NCBI RefSeq assembly: GCF_004010195.1
Contig: NC_057741.1
Location: 25,811,147-25,875,146, forward strand
DNA: 64,000 nt
Origin: Chiloscyllium plagiosum
Taxonomy: Eukaryota
Direction: 5' to 3'
In this document: piece by piece, positions 1 to 11,628 of the stretch
How the letters are laid out: the number at the start of each line of letters is the position of its first letter
How positions within the stretch are numbered: the stretch's first letter is position 1
Translations under genes and position numbers: made by a program
Notes under the pieces: generated by a model
The model's input: only the letters and a program-made list of their open reading frames with translations
Told to the model about the DNA's origin: nothing
Databases searched by the model: none

Positions 1-704
1 TGCTACTCGGTAGGCCCATTCCACCCTTACCTGGCCTGATCCAGCTTCCAGATTTAAAAGCTGTGGCAGCTACTGCTCCAGGAATGCTGTAAGCTGGCCT
101 TCCTCTTCCTGTTCGGGAAGGCCCAGCAAACGAATATTTTTTCGACGACCTCGATTATCGCGGTCGTCAATATGATTTTCCAAGGTCCGGACTCGCTGCT
201 CGAGGGTCCGGACCTGATCCACGGCCGATTGAGCGGTTGTCTCCGAGGTCGCGGCCTTTAGCTCCGCCTCTCCGAGTCGGCGTTGAATTTCTTCAATTTC
301 ACGGTCGTGCTTCTTCAGCGCGGCCGAGAGCGACTCCCAACGATTTCTGGATTCGACGATAAAGGCATCGATCTTCGAGTCAAGCTTGGAAAGCATTTCT
401 GCGAGGCTTGCTACTGTAGGTAAGTCCCCCGGGGTGGCTGTGGACGCCTCTGCTGCAGCTGTAGAGTGTGGGGGAGGGGTTCCTGCTTGCTGAGTGCTGC
501 GGGCTCCCTTCCCTTTAGTCATTTTAACTTAGGATAAAGTTGCTTACATGTAATATTACACAACTAATTGAGTTACTAAACTATTATAAATGATTTATAA
601 ATGATTTAGTGAGCTTGGTAGGGGGTAGGTGACCCACTGTGCCCAAGTCTTGGGAGGAGCACTATAGACTCAGTCTTACTGGGTCGCCGCCATCTTGGAT
701 CCCC
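1..704 (-). mobile_element. L1/Tx1-clade LINE 5' end (5' UTR plus ORF1), runs off the left edge
   Basis: ORF 522-70 has a coiled coil followed by DNRGRRKNIRLLGLPE (L1 ORF1 RRM start). After an in-frame TAG the frame continues LPQLL...VEWAYRV (ERAHR-like). The 5' terminus GGGGATCCAAGATGGCGGC carries a YY1-type motif. Confidence 0.85.
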
Positions 705-931
705 GTGCTATTATATTTTAAAACATTATTGATTAATTGTTGACTCAAATTTATAATAGTAACAAAATCTGTAGATACCTTGATTTCTTGGTGAATGATT
801 GTTTTCCCAAGCTGCTTTTATATCAGGTATTGTTTTCCAAGATCACAGAAACAGGCAGGGAGAGAGAGTTCTAGCTCTTGCTATTCCAGATTTGACTTTA
901 CTTCATTCTGCTCTGCTGTTTAAAAGAAACT

Positions 932-1055
932 AGGCAAAAGTGAGGACTGCAGATGCTGGAAACCAGAGTTTAGATCAGAGTGGTGCTGGAAAAGCACAGC
1001 AGGTCAGGCAGCATCTGAGGAGCAGGAAAATCAATGTTTCGGGCAAAAGCCCTTC
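932..1055 (-). mobile_element. Short Penelope 3'-terminal element with 9-bp TSD
   Basis: Reverse complement of the 3' end of the Penelope at 6100-6230; TSD aaagaaact at 923-931 and 1056-1064. Confidence 0.8.
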
Positions 1056-1934
1056 AAAGAAACTGTTGAATTACAGTGCAATACATTTCCCAGAGTCTGG
1101 CTCCATTGTCTTTGAGATTGGCTAACTGCTGGACAAACCATTCATCTCCCAATATGTGAAATTATCATTCAGATATGGATTAAAATGGGCTAGTTTTAAT
1201 GCATTTAAATAAAAGGGGTACTTTTAATTCAGACTGTTTAGTTTATCCCACATGGGTCTCATGAAAATGTCTTATTCTGTGATTAGGTGTCACTGTAGCC
1301 ACTTTAGGTCCAAGTTTCTTACTTATTCAAAACCATTTTGGTCATGAAAGGTCTAATATATAACTATCAGGGGGTGATGCAAGTTAAAATTCCACTGACC
1401 ATATTTTCTGTCATTGAAACACATTGGAGACTATATATTGATCAGGGATCAACAATGATATTAAGAAGACAATGAAGGTTTGCGAGATGTATTAGAATCC
1501 TCAAACACAACACAAACAAAGAACAATGATAACATTCTTATAAGATTTAATCAGTCTCTTGGTTCACGATCACAACAGATTTATTCAGTATAAATGGAGA
1601 CAATGTTTCCTTCCTCACTGACTACTGTTCCAAACTTCTCATTGTTCTCCTCTTCAGGAAACCTGATATGAAGTGCTAATTAAATAATTCCACCATTTTT
1701 AAGTTGACAATGATCTCCTCTCATGTTCCTCCTGATCTCAATTTTAATTTGTGCCCCCCTTAAGGGTCAGAGTGAGATGTTTGTACAAACTGTCTAAGTT
1801 GAGGAGCTACAGTTCTTGCCCAAACATTTTGGAAAATTGCAAGAATATTAGCCTTGGTTTTTGGACCTGCACCATTAGGAGGTGATATTACCTTTTAGTC
1901 ATGCAAGCTCCAACTTTTTACTGTAAGTTTTTGA

Positions 1935-2360
1935 ACATAGAAGTATATGAACAAGAAACAAGAGTAGGCAACACACCCTTCGAGCCTGCTCCATCATTTA
2001 ATAAAACCGTGTGCGATCTGATTTTAATCTCATCTCTACATTCCTTCATACCCCCGAACATTCATTCATCCCTTGCTAATGAAGAATCTATATCTCTGCC
2101 CTAAAAATATTTAATGTTTCAGCATCCTTTTGAGGAAGGGAATTCCAAGACTCACAATTCTGTGAGAGAAAATAATGTTTCCTCATCTCTGTTTTAATTG
2201 GACACCCCCTTATTTTTAAACTAAGACCCCTAGTTCTAGATTCTCTCACAAGAGGAAACATCTTTTCAGCATCACCCGGTCAAGCCCACTCAGGATGTTA
2301 TATGTTTCAATTAAGTCATCTTTGACTCTTCTAAACTCCAGAGAATACAGGCCTAGTCAG
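1935..2360 (-). mobile_element. CR1-type LINE 3' end, degraded
   Basis: Typical CR1 3' UTR/tail in reverse (aacatagaa...gagtaggc...ttcgagcctgctcc; tagttctagattctc). Confidence 0.6.
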
Positions 2361-4721
2361 TCTTGTTTTTCCCTCATAAGGCAATCTGCAATTATTCCAT
2401 TGAAGTAAACAGCATGTATCAAAGACCACATTTTATGACTTCATGCTCCCATTGCAAAACCTTGCTCAACAGGAGATCAGGTCAGACAATTGGACATGGA
2501 GATCACCAAATCTCATTCTTGCCTCCTCCAATGATTCACTCAATCAGATTAAGAACTGTAAAATGGCAACAGCTGTAGCTCCATCACAAAAGTCTCTGCG
2601 GGCCACTTATAATCGGATCGAGGCACAGAGTGATACAGCACGGAAACAGACCGATGCTTTGTCATCGAGTGAAGCTCTTCACTTAGACTGTAGAAAGTCT
2701 AGAATAGAGAATTAAATTCTTTGCAATTATACTTGAAAACACAACAGAATGTCAATAGCTAAATGAAGACTGTGGAGGATGTAAGAAGGATGAAAAATTG
2801 AACAGTGAATGTCTCCTTTGTAAAGGAAAAGATATAGTGGTCAGCTGCTTCTTGCCCATACTGTGTTGGATATAAAGTGATAAGTAAGACTCGGTTTGTG
2901 TGCAAGGTGTTGAGCAATAAATAAGGCTCAGTTTGAGTGTGAGGTTTTGGTATAAAATGTGCCTTTTTACTTGAAACAAGCATTTAGAAAGAGATAGAAG
3001 TTGAATCCATAATTACAGTTTTTAAAAAGAAAATTGACCAATACTTGGAAAGGATCTTTAAGTGTTCTGTGTTGAGAGGCAGGGGAATAGAAATACATGC
3101 GATAACTGTTTTAAGGAGTTATCACTGTAGTAAAGAGATGAATGGCCTTGTTTGTAACATAAGCATATTTGGGCCTAAAGAGAGGCCCAGGGATCAAACT
3201 TCAAGTTGCAGAAGGAAACCTAGAGCTTTCTTCACTATCACAATGTCCAAGTAATAGACTCACCAATTTTAAGAGCATTTAAATGGTCATTGGATAAACA
3301 TATGGATGATAATGGAATGGTGTAGGTTAGATGGGCCTCAGGTTCCATAGGTCAGTGCAACATCGAGGGCCGAAGAGCCTCTACTGCGCTGTAGTGTTCT
3401 ATGTTCTATTAATGTCTTGCTCTTCACCACTTTCCTAAATGCCAGGGACCAATTCTGAAGGTTCTGGGCTCACATTACTGATTTCTGTCACCCCAGCCTG
3501 AGGCAGTTAATGCTGAGTTCCTGCAGGGGCCGGATCTCGTGTAAATATTTTAAAGGAAAAGTTGGCTGAAATTTTTTGTGCTCTGGCGTTATTGAGATTT
3601 GGGACTTTTTAAAATATTTTTTCATGGGACATGGTGCCTCTGGCAAAGCCAGGAGTTGTTTCTATCCCTAATTGCCCCTGAGCTGAGTGACTTGCTTCAC
3701 TATTTCAGAGGGCAGCTGTGAATCTGCAGTCACGTATCAGCCAAACAACTTCCTTCCCTAAAAGTCATTAGTGAGCCAAATAGGTTTTAAAATGGCCACT
3801 GTTGAGATAAGATTAGATATTCCACATTTATTAATTGAATTTAAATTTGACTAATTGCTGTGGAGTAATTTTAATCCCTGCCCGTTGTTTCAACACAATA
3901 ATCCATTCAACACAAGGACTTTATTGAAGCGAACCTTAAGATATTTGCCAATAGTTTGTACACCTTAAGGTGGAAGTCACACGTCTATGGTCGACTGGGA
4001 CATATGTAAATGATGACCTTTCAATCAAGACGTCCCCTTTTCACACAAAGAAAAGACATGCATTATCATGTATATTTATAGATATCCAAGTTACCAACCA
4101 AAGACACTACTGTGCTCACGCCTTGGCAAGTTGTTAGTTCCAACAGTCTCTGTGCATGCATTTCACATACAATCCTTAAATCATGCTGGTCTCTTATTGG
4201 CATGTGTTTCATTGCTGTTGGCTATTGATCTGGATGATGTTGTTTTTCCAGAGAATGTCATTCCTGTGTCATCTCTTGTTGCTGTGGTAGCTGCTGTTTA
4301 TTTTCTGTTGCTGTGGACCTCTGGATTTGATAGCTGATATGTGAATCGTGCAGGTAGTGTATGGTTCACTTCTTCCTGATCAGACACACACAGTTGAGGA
4401 ACAGCATTTCTAGTTGGGAGTATGCATTTGATGTTGTAATGGTATATATAGTAATTCACTTCCACTGCATATAGTCAAGGAGACAGCTGCTCCATGCAGG
4501 TCCCAAGTTGCCCACTTGGATTGGCATTTGTTGTTTAATCATAGAATCCCTACAGTGTGGAAATGGGCCATTTTGTCCCAACAAGTCTACACTGACCTTC
4601 TGGAGAGTATCCCACACACACTCATTCCTCTATCCTATTATTCTACATTTCTCCTGACTAAAACACCTAACCTACACACCCCTGAACACTTTGGGCAATT
4701 TAGCATGGCCAATTCACCTAA

Positions 4722-6231
4722 CTTTCGAATCCTCCCACTACCTCCAGATGAAATGGGTAGCCATGGGCACCCGCATGGGCCCCAGCTATGCCTGTCTCTT
4801 CATCAGCTACATGGAACAGTCTATCTTCCTGAGTTACACCGGCACCACCCCCCACCTTTTCCTCCGTTACATTGATGACTACATGAGGAGGTTGAACAGT
4901 TCATCAACTTCACCAACACATTCCACCCTGACCTTAAATTCACCTGCACTATCTCTGACACCTCCCTCCCCTTCCTGGACCTCTCCATCTCCATCAATGA
5001 CAACCGACTCAACACTGACATTTTTACAAACCCATCGAGTTCCACAGTTACCTGGACTACACCTACTCCTACCCTACCTCCTGGTAAAATGCTATCCTGT
5101 ATTGCCAATTCCTCCGCCTCCACCGCATCTGCTCCCAGGAGGACCAGTGCCACCACAGTACACACCAGATGGCCTCCTTTTTTACAGACCAAAATTTCCC
5201 CTCCCATGTGGTTAAAGATGCCCTCCAATCCATCTCATCCACATCCCGCATCTCTGCCCTCAAACCCCACCCCTCCAACCGCAACAAGGACAGAACCCCC
5301 TGGTCCTCACCTTCCACCCCACCAACCTCTGCATAAATTGTGTCATCCACTGACATTTTCGCCACCTCCAAATGGACCCCACCACCAGGGATATATTTCC
5401 CTCCCCACCGCTATCCGCTTTCCGCAAGGACCGTTCCCTCCGTGACTACCTGGTCAGGTCCACGTTCCCCAACAACCCACCCTCCCTTCCTGGTACCTTC
5501 CCCTGCTACCACAGGAATTGCAAAATCTGCACCCACACCTCCCCCCTCACCTCCATCCAAGGCCCCAAAGGAGCCTTCGACATCCATCAAAGTTTCACCT
5601 GCACTTCCACACATGTCATTTATTGTATCCATTGCTCCCGATGCGGTCTCCTCTACACTAGGGAGACCGGACGCCTTCTCGCACAGCGCTTCAGAGAACA
5701 TTTCTGGGACACTCACACCAATCAATCCCACCGCCCCGTGGCGGAACATTTCAACTCCCCCTCCCACTCTGCTGAGGACATGCAGGTCCTGGGCCTCCTC
5801 CACCACCATACCCTCACCACCGGACGCCTGGAGGAAGAACGCCTCATCTTCCGCCTTGGGACCCTCCAATCCCATGCCATCAATATGGACTTCACCAGTT
5901 TCCTCATTTTCCCCTCCCCCCATCTTACCCCAGATCCAACCTTCCAGATCAGCACCAGCCTCATGACCTGTCCCACCTATCGGCTCCATCCTCCTCTCCG
6001 ACCTATCAACTTTACCCCCACCTCCATCCATCTTTTGCACTTCTCCCCAGCCCGACTCCCCACCCATTTATCTCTCCACCCCCGAGGCTCCCATCCTCAT
6101 TCCTGATGAACGGCTTTTGCCCGAAACATCGATTCTCCTGCTCTTCAGATGCTGCCTGACCTGCTGTGCTTTTCCAGCACCACACTAATCTTGATTCTAA
6201 TCTCCAGCATCTGCTGTACCCACTTCTGCCT
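4722..6231 (+). mobile_element. Penelope-like element, 5'-truncated (RT C-terminal part, GIY-YIG endonuclease, hammerhead-like 3' end)
   Basis: RT motifs AMGTRMGPSYACLF and FLRYIDD; endonuclease motifs FTCTSTHVIYCIHCSRCGLLYTRETGR...RFREH and EEERLIFRLGTLQ. 11-bp TSD aattcacctaa at 4711-4721 and 6232-6242. Frameshifted. Confidence 0.92.
6103..6130 (+). ncRNA. Minimal type-I hammerhead ribozyme-like core in the Penelope terminal region
   Basis: CTGATGA-A-(c)GGC-tttt-GCC(c)-GAAA-C-ATC, i.e. the CUGANGA and GAAA boxes flanking stem II. Activity is untested. Confidence 0.55.
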
Positions 6232-8572
6232 AATTCACCTAAACCACACATCTTTGGTCTGTGTGAGGAAACCGGAGCATTCAGAGGAAACCCACACAGA
6301 CACAGGGAGAATGTGCAAACTCCACACAGACAGTCGCCCAAGGCTGGGATCAAACCCAGGTCCCTAGTGCTGTGAGGCAGCAGTGCTAACCACTGCGCCA
6401 ATGTGCCATTGCAATCATTGAATGATTATACACTGCATGATTCTCCAACAGTCAACTCTGGCAAAGGTTTGGCATTCTTGTTGAAATGAAATTTGGCTTT
6501 CAGCAGTTTTACCTTGATTTCTTCCTCACAGTAGCTTTATTTTGCAATCAAAAGATTCATTTTTGACATTAGTTTCCCTGCCTTCAGTAAATGTGTTTCT
6601 CTCCTCAAGGATTGCTTTGCATACATCTGTGTTAGATTTGCTCAATTTCTTTATGATTCCTTTGGTGATGTGCAGTGCTACCTCAGACATTCTGTTTGGT
6701 TGTGGATAGTGTGGAGATGATGTGTGGTGTTGAATTTCCCAATCTTTCATGTAGTGACTGAATTCGTCATTTGTGAACTGAGATCCATTGTCGCTCATGA
6801 CCAATGTTGAGAATGCCATAATTGCTAAAGTGTGCTTTAAGGCTTTCAACAATCTCAGTAGTAATCATTGAAGTCAACTGGCCTAACTCCAGGTCATCAG
6901 AATAATAGTCTACTATGTTAAGACAATCAGTTATTGTGAGTTTGAAGGGAACTACTCCCAGTTTCATCCATGTCGTGTCGAGGATGTCATGTGTCACCAG
7001 CAGTTCTCAAGCTACCTTAGCTTAATATTCATTACGACCCCTTCACTGACTGTTGTGATCTTTGATTTTGTTCCTCATGTTGGCCCAGTATAACACATCT
7101 CTTGCTTTCCTCATACTTGATTCAGTTCTTAGTAGCTGGCATGGATTCACTTTAGCATTTCTGCTCTCAAGGCTATTGGAATGATTGCTCTATTTCCTTT
7201 GTAGAACATTATCTCTGTAGAGGGTTCATAATTCATCTCGATATATCCAATACACTCTATAGCAGCAGGTTCTTGATGCTGTCTGTTCAGCACTTCTTGG
7301 GACAGTTAGACATTTGCATCTTGCTGGATAGTTTGCTGGATTTTGGAAAGTTGGTGTGGACTCAATGGGCTGAATGTCCTGCATCCACCTTGTAGGGATT
7401 CTAAGATTCTTCTTTGAGTTATAAAGCTGTTGCTTGCATCTAGCTTCACTTACCAGTAATCACCGTTCACATCTAGGGTGAAAGATTTTACCTTTGCAAG
7501 TACTGGCAAAATGTTTTCAATGGCTGGCATTGACCGCTTCTTGGTTTCATTTAGATTCTTTGGGAAAATGCATTTCCTGAGCTTTCCAACTTATTTCCTT
7601 GCTGCCATGCTACTGATCCATTCTTTAGGAGTGTCACTCTCTTGATTTCTCTCTCCATTTCCAGCTCTTCTATCTTGTCTGTCAAGCTGACCTTGCGAGC
7701 TGTTTAAACTTTCCTTGGGTGATGCTGAGTTGGTCTTATCCTCTAATTTACTTTGAGATGATGTTCTCCCAGAAAACCCTGTGAACCATCCGAGTAAGGA
7801 GTTCTGAAGAACTCATTAGACGCACAAAACATTAACTCTGTTTCTCTCCCACCTGCTATGTGTTAGGTTCAGATTTTCAGCATCTGCAATGTGTTCTGAT
7901 TTTGTTTGAACACATCTAGGATGTGCTCTGTAGTCTGGGGTTTCATGTACATATTTTGCAAATCTTCTTCGGCATGTGACAATTACTGGTCCAAGCTTTA
8001 GACTTGCTCCGGCTGCTATAGAGTATAGATGAGTGGCATTTGGTAGTTGTCTGTGATTTGGAACTCCAGATCCCCATTCATGCTACTGCAACAGACTCAC
8101 AGAGTAACCTGGCCTCTTGGCATGAGTATGGTGCCATCATTAGTCCTAACCTAACTTCCACGGGCTTCATTCTTAGGTTACAATGCTGTGCCACTTTACA
8201 CACCCAGACAGGGTTAAATGATGCCCAGTGTCTATCTGACATTTTATAGTGAGTTGATGTTCACCTTTTGCAATCCTCATACCAGCCCTCATAAACCATG
8301 TATATTGACTTGGCTGAACTAATGTGTTATATGGTGTATAGCGATTTGTCAGAATCGTCAGCTGTTATCTCTCCAGTTATCATTTGTACCTCTTTGATAT
8401 GCTTCTTTTTAGCCCATGCACTTGTGTATAAAATGATTCAGCTTTTTGCCGTGAGAGCTGTATTTACTCTCTGCTGGACAAGCCTTCTTCTCTTTTGCAT
8501 TACAATTTCCACAGTATTTGCATTTGTCCTTTGTCTCGATTGTTTTGTGTGCCCGGTGTATATGCCAGCATT

Positions 8573-8866
8573 TGGGCAGCAAAGTGGCACAGTGGTTACC
8601 ACTGCTGCTTCACAGCACCTGGGATCTAGGCTCGATTGTGGGTGACTGTCTGTATGAAGTTTGCATGTTCTCCCCATGTCTGCATGGGTTTCCATCAGCT
8701 GCTCCAGTTTCCTTCCAAAGATGTGCAGGTTAGGTGGGTTGGCCATGGTAAATGTGGAGTTATGGGCAGAGGGTGGGGGGCTGGGTCTGAGTGAGATGCT
8801 CTTCGGAGAGTCAGGGCAGACTTGATGGGTCAAAAGGCCTCTATTTTCACTGCAGGGATTCTATGA
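8573..8866 (+). mobile_element. HE1-like V-SINE
   Basis: tRNA-like head gtggcacagtggttaccactgctgc, V-domain, and tail gggattctatgat. Confidence 0.85.
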
Positions 8867-9789
8867 TAATATAAGGCCTGTTCTTTTCTGACTTCATTCC
8901 TTAGTATTGAATGTGTATCATTCACACACAACATTTACTTGGGGCTTAAAATGTACCTTCAAAGCTTTTAAATCACGACTGCCTTTTGTCTGCTCTTCAG
9001 ATAGATTTAAGATGAATATATTTTGAAACTCTCTCTTCTCACCCGTGATAAAAGTGCATTCACTTGTAAATGTCCTGCTCTGCTGAAAAGATCAGTAGCT
9101 ATTGTGTAGTTTTACCATAATTTATGGATGAAATCCAAGTTCTGCTGCATATCCCCAGTTTGAACAGGAGCTGATAGGGGAATAGGTGCAGTCATTTTTT
9201 CCCAAGCATTATTTTCACTGAGATCTTCATTAATTTGTTTTTCAGTTCAGTTTCAATGCTGCTCTGCTTTCTTTATTTCAGTTATGTAAAATCACCACTT
9301 CTAGCACCATACCTCAAGTGTACAACGTGTCTTCAACATGAGGGCTTTATTGAAATGAAATTTAAGATGTCTGCTTACAGGGTCTGTACCTCATAGTAGA
9401 GGTCACATGATTACAACAGAGTCAGCTAGACATGTGTACTTGACGGCATTTCAATCGAAACATCTCCAGAGCATCTTTAGATTACTAGTTCAGTAATCTT
9501 ATCACGGTAGCACCATTACTCTGCTGTTGGATTTTGAGAACACAAAGAAGCCATAAGTGCCCTCCCACTCTGAGGCTCATTACTCTGTACCTTGCCCTTG
9601 CTTCTTTGCTTTATCTTCTTGAATCCTGTATCTGCTCATTTACTCTCTCCCTTTCACCCAGTAAACACGCAAGTATAATATTATCATACAAAATGTATTG
9701 TGCAAAAGCAAAAAAGAAATATATTTAATACTATGCATCCAGGATTCTAACATACTCATCCTTTTGTTTTCATGGATAATTTCAAGAAA

Positions 9790-10140
9790 AATAAAGATTT
9801 GCATCTATATAGCACTTTTTTATGACCACAGGATAGCTCAGAGTACTTTATGGGCAATGAAGTAGCTTTGAAATGTAGTCATTATTGTACTGGTGGAAAC
9901 TGAGCAGCCAACTTGTGCACAGCAAACCCCTACAAATAGCAATGCCGTTCGCACTAGATACTCTTGTTTTTGTAATGTTGATTGAGAGGTAAATGTGAAT
10001 CAGAGTACTGGCAATAACCCCATGCTCTTCTTCAAAGTTATGCTGGGGATCTTTTACCTGAATCTGTGCAAACAGGTGAAGCCTTGGTTTAACACTTCAT
10101 CTGAAGGACAGCAGTGCAGAACTCACCCAGAGCGGCACTG
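9790..10140 (-). mobile_element. DeuSINE (SacSINE1/AmnSINE1-like), degraded
   Basis: Reverse-complement similarity to 31060-31440 (gctcttcttcaaa...gggatcttttac; gcagccaacttgtgcacagcaaac). Confidence 0.6.
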
Positions 10141-10544
10141 AAGACACCAACTATAACTGGCAATGCCACACAAGAGGTCAGAACTTTCCAATGTTGCTCC
10201 TTTTGAGTATTGTCGGTCAATGGGAGGTTGGTGCACTGCGCCAGTTACTGAGAATGAATGAGCTGCAGCATGTGATTGTGGCAGTAAAGCTGTAGGATCC
10301 TGCTCCCTGAATGTTGGATTCCTGCCACTGATTCTGGTGAAATTTCATATCAGTCAGTATGTTTCCAGTTAGTTCTCTCGCAGAAGAAGAATACCTTGCA
10401 GCTTTTATTGCAGAAGAACGCTATGGAAAACATATTTATCAGTAATCCCTTATTGCATTGATATAAATTACATTTCTTTGGTTATTTAACTACCTTGACT
10501 TTTTTTTTGGATGTTACGGCTGTCATGCTCTCAATCAATACAAA

Positions 10545-10860
10545 GCAAAGAACAACGGATGCTGGAAATCTGAAACAAAAAGAAAATACTGGAGAAATTC
10601 TGCATGTCTGGCAGCATCTGTGGGAAGGAAGCAGAGTCAATGTTTCAGGCCCAGTAACACTTCTTTAGAATGGGTTCTGAATTTCTTCAGAGAAAAAGAA
10701 ACCTCTTAGGTCCTTTTAAATCTTTCCCATCTCACCCCAAAACTATGCCCTCGAGTTATGGACTCTAATGCCTGCTGGATTCAAAACTTTAACTGTTTCC
10801 TCCCCACAGATGCTGCTAGACCAGGTGAGTTTCTTCAGCAATTTCTTTTTGTTTCATATT
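10545..10860. repeat. Inverted pair of Penelope-type terminal repeats enclosing a small CR1 fragment
   Basis: ggcagcatctgtgggaagg at ~10610-10630 and its inverse ccccacagatgctgct at ~10802-10817. Confidence 0.55.
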
Positions 10861-11628
10861 CTAAATCACCCTAGACATTTTATATAGTATAATGCTAGGG
10901 TACAGTGCTGGTGGGGACAGGTCTGTCACTGCATAACATTGGGGTATACTATCATTCACTTGCCTTTCAAAGTTTCATCATTAGTCTTACTACCTAGTAA
11001 ATGTTCAATAATATTCCTGTTTAATAATATTGCTGAACAGAAAATCCTAGTCTACTAAATACTTCTAACTGACTACAAGAACTTCACAAGATCTTGTTCA
11101 TGTACACTGTTATGAAGATGTGGGTATACTGTACCTTCAAGAGAATTAAAAGCTAGTAGAACTACCTGACACAGCACCAAGTGTTCTGAGCAAGGTAACA
11201 ATGTAACCCTTGATTGAAAGCTAGATTAGCTGTGTTGCCTGGAGACAACAAAACAAATTCAAATTCGACCAATCAGTTTAAATTATACCCCATGAAATAC
11301 TAAGCTCCAATCAAGTTTGAATTTAGTATATTGACAATCTCAAAAGCCAATGACACAATCCGATGCTTTGGGGATACAAGACTGGGAAAACTTGAACAGT
11401 TGAGGGAGAACTGCCAAAAGACTAACAAGTGTAACACCGACCTGGAGAGCAAATCTACAAAAAGAGGATTTGACCGCTGGCTGGTTTTAAAATTTGAATT
11501 TTGGTAAACCTTAATGGGGGAGGGGGGTGGTTATCAGACTAGTATTGTAGAAGAAGAAGGTAAAAGATAGGTCAGGGAAAGGAGTTGTAAATAGTTGTTA
11601 GTTAATATTCTCTGTTATACTTTAAGAA

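Larger units (their letters stand above)
4541..6408 (-). mobile_element. HE1-like V-SINE split by the Penelope (4541-4721 and 6232-6408)
   Basis: tRNA-derived head (reverse of ggcgcagtggttagcactgctgcctcacagc) and V-domain (tgtgtggagtttgcacattctccc) on the right; CR1-type tail on the left. Confidence 0.85.
3885..9462 (-). mobile_element. Old Gypsy/Ty3 LTR retrotransposon with both LTRs, interrupted by SINE and Penelope insertions
   Basis: Diverged LTR pair at ~3885-4032 and ~9310-9462 (ttcaacacaaggactttattgaagcgaaccttaagat vs ttcaacatgagggctttattgaaatgaaatttaagat). PPT at 4033-4042. PBS-like atcaccacttctagcacca at 9291-9309, resembling the 3' end of tRNA-Leu. Integrase core in ORFs 6526-6997 (VDYYS, SDNGSQF, SSPHYPQPN). 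Confidence 0.8.

Noticed and set aside
4821-6067. Gly-rich minus-strand ORFs and Pro/Ser-rich alternative-frame ORFs
   Set aside because: Shadow frames of the C-rich Penelope coding strand.
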